This document shows positions 54,461 to 64,000 of a stretch of DNA of 64,000 bases, in pieces (within the stretch, counting starts at the first letter, position 1; every line of letters begins with the position of its first letter). The DNA is from Octopus sinensis (Eukaryota). Both the position numbers and the translations under genes were made by a program. The notes under the pieces are model-generated. The model saw only the letters and a program-made list of their open reading frames with translations, had not been told where the DNA came from and searched no databases. The stretch is taken from the NCBI RefSeq assembly GCF_006345805.1, contig NC_043005.1, forward strand, positions 89,838,001-89,902,000. Reading direction: 5' to 3'.

Positions 54461-56220
54461 CATTCGACTACGTATAACCTATTTTTATAAAATACTTATT
54501 ATTACTGTTATCATCACATTTATCAAAAACATTTTTACGATCTATTTCGCAAAGTGACTAACTAATATCTTGAAATTTACTTTCAGATATAATAATTATA
54601 TACTAATAACAATTAAATAAATGTACATATCTAAATAAAAATTAATAAATAAAAAAAATTATAAAATCAATAAAATTTCCTAAATAAAAAAGTTTATTTA
54701 TCTCTCAAAAAGCGTGTCATTAACTAAAATTTCAAAACGGAAAATGTCTTTTTAAGCATTTATAAAAACTCGTGGAATTACGTTATTAACAGAAATAGAA
54801 CAAACAGATAGAAATATACACTTTATCCATGAAAACTACGAATATATTTTAGCTTTAATAGATAAAGAGAATAACGTCACTAATAGAGAATAGAATCACG
54901 ATACACAGTAATATCTTTCACTATAAAACTAAAATTTAGAATTTAGAATTAACTACGATAAATTATATTCACAACTCTATAAATTAAAATAATTTATATA
55001 ACTACTATTTACTGTACATTCTCTAATAATCTTGACTTATATTCAAACCACCTACAGAAGTGCAATCACAACACTACTACAATTAATTTATTTATTTATT
55101 TAATTTATTTCATATATATAAATATGGTTACGTTGGAGTCAAATCTTTATTTAAATAAAACAACTTTTAGACACATTCAATATTAACTCAGTACTAATTT
55201 AATCAGTATCTATATTATAACTACTAATTGATAAACTTAAGTTAATTTTAAAACTATAATGTAATTAATATTCATTAATAAATAATATTAATTAATTAAA
55301 TAAACATCTAAATAAATCTAATTCGAAATATATAATATAAACACATTTTGATTAATATATTAAAAATAATTAAAAAACTATAAACTTTACTGTCATTTAT
55401 AACAAAGATATATGTTAAAATAATAAATTAAACTTATTATATAATTAAAGTAATTTATATTTAGATCAAATATTTCGCTCATTAATTGAATAAATAAAGT
55501 ACATATCATTATAAATAAATAGTACATAAAGAAAAGAAAATTTTACTACATATTCAAAATTGTTTATTTAACGTTACTAAAACTATTACCAAAAATATAT
55601 ATATATACTTAATCCTATAAAATTTAGTAGACATATAATAAGCATAATAATAATAACAATATCAACCACAAAAGAACAAAATAACTATCTTTTAATCTAT
55701 ATTCATTAAATAAATTATACATTTAGTAATAAAATAAACATCTAAATATAATCTAACACTAAGTATTTAAAAAAACTTTACTAACTCTTATTGACTTATA
55801 TTCAAACCACCTACAGAGGTGCAATCACAACACTACTACAATTAATTAATTAATTAATTTAATTATTTATTTATTTAATTATTTATTTATTTAATTATTT
55901 ATTTATTTAATTATTTATTTATTTAATAATAAATATTAATTTAGAGTTATTAAATTATGTAATATACAATATAAAATCACATGCTAAATTATAGAATTAA
56001 TACTAGTACAAAATATAACTACAATTTAGAAACAAAAATAGGGTTTAAATATAGTAGCTATTTATATAAAAAATGTATTATATAAGTAAGGTAATTTGTG
56101 TCTACCTTTAATTTTACGCTCGTCAAATGAATTAACTCATTTATCATGATTATTAAATAATATTTCTCTAAATTCACTAGAACATAAAAAGCAGGAATTA
56201 CTACCTATACTATATTATAT
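54461..56220. other. AT-rich island of unknown origin (about 18% GC, C about twice G on the + strand)
   Basis: Hand count for 54481-56220: 307 G+C in 1740 bp (108 G, 199 C). Bounded by (TA)n on both sides. Not a simple repeat. Confidence 0.8.
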
Positions 56221-56235
56221 ATATATATATATATA

Positions 56236-57095
56236 TCACTTTGATCACTTTGACCGACCAGTCCGTCAGGCGTCCATTTGACACCGCTGGTCACAGCACG
56301 CTGTCCACTCCTCTCTGGATCGCGCCTTTCTCATCCACGTGATCCCAATCGTCCTCTTGAAATCGTCACTCCACCGTCGTGGAGGTCTTCCGGGTGGTCT
56401 TTTCCGCTCACGCGGGTACCACTCGACAACTGCGTGCGTCCACCGATTATCGGTGAGCCGGGCGACGTGTCCAGCCCATCTATACTTGCTGCCAGTATAC
56501 TCTGCGATGACATCTCTCACGCCGGACTTCTTTCTGATGATGTTGCTATTTATGTGCTCTCTCAACGAGATACCAAGCATTGACCTTTCCATGGCTCTTT
56601 GAGCCGTTATCAGTCTTTGCTCTTCTCTCTTTGTGGTAGTCCATGTTTCACTACCATATAATATTGCAGGCAGAACTGCACTGTTAATGAGGTTGGCGCG
56701 GGTGGTCCTGTCCAACCTTCCCTTGAGCACATCCCTTATGCCATTGAACGCCTTCCATCCGGCCCTTACTCTCCGTGAGATCTTCTTTTTGATATCCCGG
56801 CACATATTTACTTCCTGTCCCAGGTAGACATATTCTCTCACCTCCTCTATTTCATCACTGCCGATCACCATTCGACCTGTTGGTACGTTGTCTGACCGCA
56901 TGAACTTTGTTTTCATACGGTTCATCTTGAGACCTACTGCAGAACTTTTGATGTCGAGCTCCGACAGCATGGTCTGAAGCTGATCCATGTTTTCAGCGAT
57001 GAGTACGATGTCGTCAGCGAAACGGAGGTGAGTGAGGAGCTCGCCATTGATGCTGACACCACCTTGCCATTCGATGCCTCTGATGATCTGTTCGA
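56236..57095 (-). mobile_element. RTE-clade LINE, 5'-truncated, open RT C-terminal frame
   Basis: HLRFADDIVL, GLKMNRMKTK, YVYLGQ, LYGSETW, RWAGHVAR, PGRPPRRW. Tail (GATCAAAGT)x2 plus (TA)n. Confidence 0.92.
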
Positions 57096-57313
57096 TATAT
57101 CTGTCTCGAACAGATCGAACAGATATATATATATAATAATAAATATTAGGGAATAAATCCAAATTTACAGGGAAAAAATCAGATTTAGGATTAAATCCAA
57201 TTTTATAGTAAAATATTATATAATATTAATTAGAGACAAAACCACTATTTTCTAAAACAAACAAGGAAAGACTTAATCAATACATAAAATTTTAATAAAA
57301 AGTAAAAAAACCG

Positions 57314-57356
57314 CCACTACAATTGTTTCATGTCCTCAATGACAATCTTCAGGTGG
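57314..57356 (-). ncRNA. Minimal type I hammerhead ribozyme motif
   Basis: CCAC-CUGAAGA-U-UGUC(AUUGAG)GACA-U-GAAAC-AAUU-GUA^GUGG. Palindromic stem III ACAAUUGU. U-U mismatch closes stem II. Confidence 0.65.
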
Positions 57357-57435
57357 ATTTCCGATTTTCAAATCAGTTTCAATTTATGAAGTCATATATA
57401 TATATATATCTATAGATATATATATATATATATAG

Positions 57436-57508
<73 letters not shown>

Positions 57509-57582
57509 CATACATACATATAATATATATATATAGTGGTGTGTGTGTGTGTATAAAACACACACACAAATATATAAATATA

Positions 57583-57641
<59 letters not shown>

Positions 57642-57896
57642 AGAGAGAGAGAGAGAGAAAGAGAGAAAATTAGATTTAGAATGAAAGAAGATTTAGAAAG
57701 GATGCGTTAAATGCAGTATTCAAACCTTGTTTCAGGGTATATCCCAGGGTATTGTGCCTACAGAGCACGTTCCCCACTTATGACGACCAGACCTCATCAG
57801 CGTAACTGAACGTTTGTGGTTGGATCTACATCCGGAATTCCGAGAGGCGCGTAGGGTATATTTTAAATGATTAATGCATAAGACGGTAACTAGAAG

Positions 57897-57935
57897 CTTT
57901 CTATATTTCTGACGAAGAGCTCCGCTCGAAACGTT
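57897..57935 (+). ncRNA. 39-nt exact copy of the 54293-54331 hammerhead, ending at the predicted cleavage site
   Basis: Identical ctttctatatttctgacgaagagctccgctcgaaacgtt. Sequence diverges from the first base after GUU. Confidence 0.75.
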
Positions 57936-57937
57936 TC

Positions 57938-58039
57938 AACAATCATTTCGGTTTCATTAAGCACTGCTCCCTAGTGAACGTGAGACGATGTAGTCACATC
58001 AGATGCAACGCACAGTGCAAAATAACCTCATCAGGTGAC
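57938..58039 (-). ncRNA. Hammerhead-like motif with extended stem II, lacking its stem I 3' strand
   Basis: GUCAC-CUGAUGA-GGUU...GCACUG(loop)CAGUGC...AACC-GAAAU-GAUU-GUU^. Stem II pairings GGUU/AACC, AUU/AAU and GCACUG/CAGUGC. Confidence 0.65.
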
Positions 58040-59680
58040 GTAACATACTTCAAACTTTACCAGATTTACATTTCGTTTCCGCTCCAGGTTATATGGTGGT
58101 GGTGAGATGCTAGCAGTTCAGACACATTTGGTTGAGGAATTTGTGCAGAGGAAAAAAAATTTTTAAATGAAACCACGAAGAATGTAATGGAAATAGGGAT
58201 GGGGAGGGGATTTATAGTTTTGGTCAAGAAGTCGTTGCTAAAAATGAAAAAAATAACAAATAAAAAATAAATACAAAGAATCTAATGGAAATGGAGTGGG
58301 TGTGGAGGGGTGTTTGTGGCATTAGATAGAACGGCTTAGCGCGTGTACACCTTTGATTGTTGGCTAAGGCAGTCAAGCGTAACGGCATGGTCATACGCAC
58401 ACATCGATATATATATATATATATATATGCACATACGCATATAGACATATACACCTATATACATATGTTCATATATGTATGTGTGTGTGTGTTCTCTCTA
58501 TATATATATGCATGTATGTATGTATGCATATACAGATATATACCTAAACACATGCTTACATGAACACACACCCCACACACACATGCACACACAGCGTACA
58601 CACGTACACATATATGTTTTGTGTTCATAGCGTTTGAACCTGATCGCGCCATTTCTCTCTCTCTCCCCCCTCTCTCTCGGTCTCTTCCCTCCACTCTCTC
58701 TTCTACATATTCTGTTTCATTCTTTGAACAATGTTAGTTGAGTATTTTCTATGTCTGCGAGGCAGATGCTGTAAGAGGCAGTGCACTACTTTACAAAAAA
58801 CAGTTTAGTTCATTTATGTTCTTTATTACATTTGCTCAATTAGCTTATATACACTTTATATACACTTATATATACACTTATATATACACTTTATATACAA
58901 TAAGCTTATATACACTTTAGCATTGCTTTCCCTACCACACGGAAGATTCTTTGTGTGGCTGTTTTCGCAGTGGTCACTAGATCAGCTTCTTTACAATATA
59001 CAACATTCTGGGACTGGCTGCTGACACTCGTCCTTTGATTAGTGTCCCAACAATATAATAAGTTCTGGGGTTCCATTGATAGAGACTTCTACAAAAGTAC
59101 ATCTCTAAGGCGCAATGTATGCTGGGACTGGATATTGATTGTGGTTCCAAGACATTGTCGCCATATCATGAAATGTTCTGGCAATGATTATTGCTAATTT
59201 TTCCAATATAACTCCTGGGTCAGTAAAGATTCGAGACTAATTCTTGAAAACAATCTTTACAACAATGTCCCTCTACATAAAAGATTCTGGATTAACTTCC
59301 AACAGCGGTTTAAGTGCAGGAATGAAATTTGTCTAGGAGTGCAAACCCAGGTCAAAATATTTTACAAAATGAGTTCAGTCTTTTTTCAATCTTAATATTG
59401 AAACAAACACAGTTATAATAATATTTATTGTTATTATCATTGAGAGGGCAGTGCCTGCCATCAAAGTAACATTGGGGTAACATATACAAAGCCCAGTACA
59501 CCCATCATGACTACCCGTCTGATAAGGGCACACTTGGCACATGCATCACAACCATATGTGCGCGACATGGTGATCTCATATCAAGAAAAACAGCACATGA
59601 CCTTGCAGGTAGAGCCCAGTTAGAATTTTCTTCTGGTCGAGTAACCCATTCCGCTCAAAATTTCCCTGAATAAACGTTGT

Positions 59681-60837
59681 TAGTTAGTTAGTTAATTTTT
59701 TGGCTCAAAAAGCAAAAAGCAAGGCCATGTAGGGGGGACATGGAGTTATATACAGGGTGGTGTTCATGTAAAGAGTTCAGGCCACTTGTAGTCAAGGGAG
59801 ACTTTGAACCGAGCGGTCGTCGGCATCTTCACCATCTCGTCCGGCAGCTTGTTCCATGGATCCGCAACCCGAACGGAGAAAGCCCCTCCCCTTCGATTGA
59901 GATGAAATCGTCGCAGATAGAGCTTTTTGGAATGACCCCGCAGCCGACGCTCTGGAGCAGGAGTGAAGAATAGCTCCTTCGAGAGGTTACACTTTCCGCT
60001 TATGATGTTGTGAGCAAGAATGAGATCACCACGGCGTCGTCGTTTTTCTAGAGAATAAAGGTCGAGCGTCTTCAGCCTTTCTTCATAAGACAAATTCTTG
60101 AGACCAAGAACCATGCGGGTAGCCAGCTTCTGGACTCTTTCGAGATGCTGTATGTCTTTGAGGAGATAAGGAGAAGAGGCTTGAATCCCATACTCCAATA
60201 TGGGTCTCACCAGCGTGACATAGAGCGGTAGAAATATGGCTGCTGTGAGCATTCCGAATGACCGTCGAATCAAGAACAGAACTCCGCGTGCTTTGTCGGC
60301 AGCATGGACGCACTGGGCCGAAGGCGAAAAGGAGGAATCCACCAAGATACCCAGGTCCTTTACCTGATCGGTCCTCTCCAGCAGCAGACGACCCGGCTCG
60401 AAATCAAGTTGAGTTGCAGGAGGAGAGCCAACAGGCAGATGACAGCACTTTGACACGTTCAGACACAGGTCCCATTCGTTAGACCATCTCCGAATTTGGT
60501 GGAGGCATCGACGAAGATCCTCTATATCACCGCGAGTAGCGACCAGTTTGACATCGTCGGCAAATAGAAGGGTGTGTTGCGTGAGGTCGTCGGGCAAGTC
60601 ATTTATGAAGACTAAGAACAATAAGGGCCCAAGCACTGAACCTTGAGGCACGCCACTGCTCGCACTGGAGACGTCGGACCGCGAACCATTAACTTGGACT
60701 TGGAAGGAGCGATCTGAGAGGAAGGCACCAACCCATCGTACAATATCCGGATGGAAACTATATGCTTGAAGCTTGACAAGTAATAGGCGGTGGTTTACCG
60801 AGTCAAAAGCTTTGGCAAAGTCCAATAAAACGATGTC
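59681..60837 (-). mobile_element. Young CR1-like LINE (second family), 5'-truncated, RT frame open, nested in repeat family B
   Basis: LDFAKAFDSVNH, SGVPQGSVLGPLLF, LFADD, LEKRRRRGD with no stops. (TAAC)n tail. Host repeat resumes at 60838. Confidence 0.93.
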
Positions 60838-61207
60838 TAAGGATGTTGAACGAAACACCCATGTTTCTAGAGGTGAAATATTCAAACCCCAAAGAATCCC
60901 TCTCAACACATGGCTATGATGTTCCTCTACTACTTCTGCTCGTTTAAAGCGTTTTCATTGCCCCTGCACCACCAAATTTTAGTGGCTGTACTCGCACTGT
61001 TCCCCAGCCAATGAACTGTGGTACCTTTGACAGTGACTCCTTCCCTATTATACAATCGATTCTGGGAGTGTCACATGACCGTTGTTCCTACAACAAAGTC
61101 CTTTGAATACACACTGACTATGAAAGGGGTCTCCAAGAAACACTGTTTCTACAATTCCAAAATTATAAAATGTATACATTAAATAATTTTCCTATTTCTC
61201 ATTGCAG

Positions 61208-61311
61208 CTGGATCTCGTTTGCGATGATGCGATTCTGGCAAGGCACACCATTACCATTTTCTTCATGGGCTTCCTTTTCGCCATGTCTATCTGTGGAATT
61301 TTATCAGACAG
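61208..61311 (+). CDS. SLC22-like paralog B, exon 3
   Basis: ttgcag acceptor, gtaagt donor, 104 bp, phase 0 to 2. LDLVCDDAILARHTITIFFMGFLFAMSICGILSD(R), with the DLVC motif. Confidence 0.92.
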
Positions 61312-61469
61312 GTAAGTTTTGTGTGTCATGTCTGCATTATATTTTATATTTTTGCATATTTCATATATATATGTGTGTGTGTGTGTGTATGTGTGTGTGT
61401 AAGAATGTGTGTGTGTCCGCCCGTATTTAATCAGGTGAGTTTTAAATTTGTCTCTTTAATCTTTTTCAG

Positions 61470-61624
61470 ATTTGGTCGCAAAAAAGTGATAATTGTGAGT
61501 TTATTTCTGCAAGGGTCATCAGGAATAGCAACAGCCTTCATCTACAACATTTATGCCATATATGTGTTACGTTTTCTCACTGCTGTTGGTGGTGCTGGAT
61601 CCTACATTCCCTCAGTTGTCTTTG
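61470..61624 (+). CDS. SLC22-like paralog B, exon 4 (gene continues past the window)
   Basis: ttcag acceptor, gtaag donor, 155 bp. FGRKKVIIVSLFLQGSSG...YIPSVVF; paralogous to 6226-6380. Confidence 0.92.
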
Positions 61625-61861
61625 GTAAGCAAACAACAATAAAACACCAAAAATGTCCACTTTTAAATTTGAACGCAAGTTGAATATTTTCTGTCTTTTA
61701 ATTTTTATCTGCTCTCTTCCATCAGAAAGAGACCTTTGGGGTGTTTTAATCATATCAGTAACTTTAGTTCATCCCATTACAGAAAAGAAATATTACGTTG
61801 CTCTGAGTGGAATGGCAATAGTCATGGCAAAACAGAAGAGTACAGGTTACGCAAACACATG

Positions 61862-62718
61862 CGAGGTGGCATCAAAAAGTTCCCGGACTACTTTTGTAGC
61901 GCACCAATAGATGGCAGCACACGGTTGCATGTGCAGTGAGAGCTAGCGCTTCATGAGGCAGTTTGCCAAGTAGCATTGCTGTGTTTACTTCGAAAGTTGT
62001 AAAATTTGTGTTCTCGTGATCACGTGTATGATCACAAAAGTCTGCGTGAAATTTTTCGTCAACCTTGGCAAGTCTGCTACAGAGACATTGAGCATGCTTC
62101 AGGAATCTTACGGTGATGAAGCAATGGGTCGTACGCAAAGTTTCAAGTGGCGCGGATGCTTCAAAAGAGGAAGAACGTCCCTGGGAGAGGATGAACGATC
62201 AGGAAGACCTGCCAGGAGCGTCACCTACCGGAAATGTGGAGAGCATTGATCAGCTTGTGCCTGAGGATGGACGGATGACAATGAACGTGGTTTTGAAGCG
62301 TTTGCGAAAGCGATTTGTGGAGAACAAAGAATTAAAATTCATAATGACGACAGTGCCCCCTGTCACCGAGCTCTCCTCACCTGTGAGTTTCCGCCAAAGC
62401 AACATGGCATCGCTTCCACACCCGCCATATTCGCCAGATCTTGCACCTGCGCACTTCCGTTTCTTCCCCAAGATGAAAATGCAGCTCAAAGGTTGCCATT
62501 TCGACACCATTGTCAAATCAAGAGAGAAAGGCAGAAGGTCCTCGACATGCTTACAGAAAACGACTTCCAGGCTGGATACCAAAGTTGGCAGGAACACTGG
62601 GACGAGTGTATTTTTGCGTAAGGTGGCTATTTCGAAAGAGATGATGTTTAAAACTTAGATAAATAAGTTATTTTTTTATTAAACATAAATAGTCTTGGGA
62701 GATTTTCATACCACCTCG
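61862..62718 (+). mobile_element. Internally deleted mariner element in paralog B intron 4
   Basis: CGAGGTGG...CCACCTCG termini. KFFVNLGKSATET...YGDEAM and PHPPYSPDLAP motifs. TG on the left and TA on the right. Confidence 0.88.
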
Positions 62719-62909
62719 TATGCACACATATTCATGGTGGCATGTATATATACACGCACACACAAAAACACATACACATATAAACACACACCTACACATA
62801 GATATTGGTATGAACAAACAGAATACAATGTAACACGTTAAATGAGGGTGTATACATACACATATACATCTATATATAATATATATATTATATATATATA
62901 TATATATAT

Positions 62910-62995
<86 letters not shown>

Positions 62996-62996
62996 G

Positions 62997-63038
<42 letters not shown>

Positions 63039-63098
63039 TAAATCCAAAACGACGAAGAACAAAGTATTAGTAGATGCTCAGGGAAAGAAAGAAAGGTG

Positions 63099-63130
63099 GT
63101 TTTACGTTTCGAGCAAAAGTCTTCAGAAAC
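63099..63130 (-). ncRNA. Degenerate hammerhead motif with a core deletion
   Basis: GUUU-CUGAAG-ACUUUUGCUC-GAAAC-GUA^AAAC. Stem I is intact but the core/stem II junction is damaged. Confidence 0.4.
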
Positions 63131-63257
63131 ATGAGACAGAGGAAAGTCCAAGAGAAAAGGATAAGGAGAAAAAAATGGCCAGTGGTTACTATGTAGTTAT
63201 TTTCCCTCGATCTTCCGATCCACTTTGGAATACCTAATTCGGGGAATTCCTTCTACC

Positions 63258-63289
<32 letters not shown>

Positions 63290-63421
63290 ATATATATATA
63301 TGCATACATTATGCATTGTTATAAATCTGTCTAATAAAGGCATTGTTATAAATCTGTCTAATAAAGGCCCGAAAAACATATGTACTGCTGAATCCTTGGC
63401 ATCATGTTTTTATTTGATCAA

Positions 63422-63464
<43 letters not shown>

Positions 63465-64000
63465 TATATATATAGTATATATATATATACACACATGTAT
63501 GTGTATATGCTTGTATATTAATTTTATTATTATTTTTCTGACACAAGTGCCACGCACAAAACACCCAACTCTAAAGTCGCATCTGAACTTGCAGCTGAAT
63601 AAAAATGATGTAAAAATAGAGTGATGTGTGTGTGCGTGTTTGGGAATGTGAGAGTGTGTTTGTGTGTGTGTCTCTGTGAGTACACACATATACACATATA
63701 CATATGTATACGTATATACATCAGGATGATACTATAAGCTTTGGAGCATAAACAGAGATAAGTCATAAAACTGATACTGTAAGCATATATATACACATGT
63801 ATTCTCTACTGTACTTATACGTATACAAACCACACACACATATATATATATAATATATAGATAGATAGATAGATATATACACATTATACATATCTCTATA
63901 TATAATAAAAATAACTTACATATACTCCCACATGTACGGCCATATGTACTTACTCGTGTACCAGTACCCAATTTTAATAGTACACATGCGGAAGAGAAAA

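Noticed and set aside
54515-54535. TTTATCAAAAACAT matches the end of the mitochondrial 16Sar primer, suggesting a NUMT
   Set aside because: Flanks do not continue as 16S rRNA, no other conserved rRNA motif is present, and the minus-strand frames checked have stops under the mitochondrial code.
59764-60909. 381-aa ORF as a novel protein with a unique N-terminus
   Set aside because: The first ~23 residues come from host repeat family B, fused in frame by chance to a 5'-truncated CR1 RT.
63313-63366. Exact 27-bp tandem duplication
   Set aside because: Ordinary slippage product in intron DNA with no further structure.

Overview
Repeat-dense animal genomic DNA, most likely a cephalopod such as octopus (inferred from the SINE, LINE and microsatellite style; not verifiable here). 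The only host genes are two tandem + strand paralogs of an SLC22/organic cation transporter-type MFS gene. Paralog A contributes its last six coding exons (6226-20665) and paralog B its first four (33319-61624); all intron boundaries are GT-AG with consistent phases. The rest is tRNA-derived SINEs, non-LTR retroelements (CR1-like, RTE, L1/Tx1, R4/Dong-like, Hero/NeSL-like, Penelope-like), DNA transposons (mariner, Tc1, MULE, Helitron-like, MITE/foldback) and microsatellites. Most ORFs in the supplied track are microsatellite or antisense artefacts. The most notable observations are: (1) a set of minimal type I hammerhead ribozyme motifs, including two different hammerheads fused end to end almost exactly at their predicted cleavage sites, and a same-strand pair in one intron that could form a double hammerhead; (2) a 1.75-kb, ~82% AT island with a TGA-free frame that partly reads as coding if TAA/TAG are Gln; (3) nearly as many replacement as silent changes per site between the paralogous exons; (4) a 652-bp near-identical core inside an older duplication; (5) two SINE-LINE shared 3' tails. 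All counts were made by hand. No database search or folding calculation was run.
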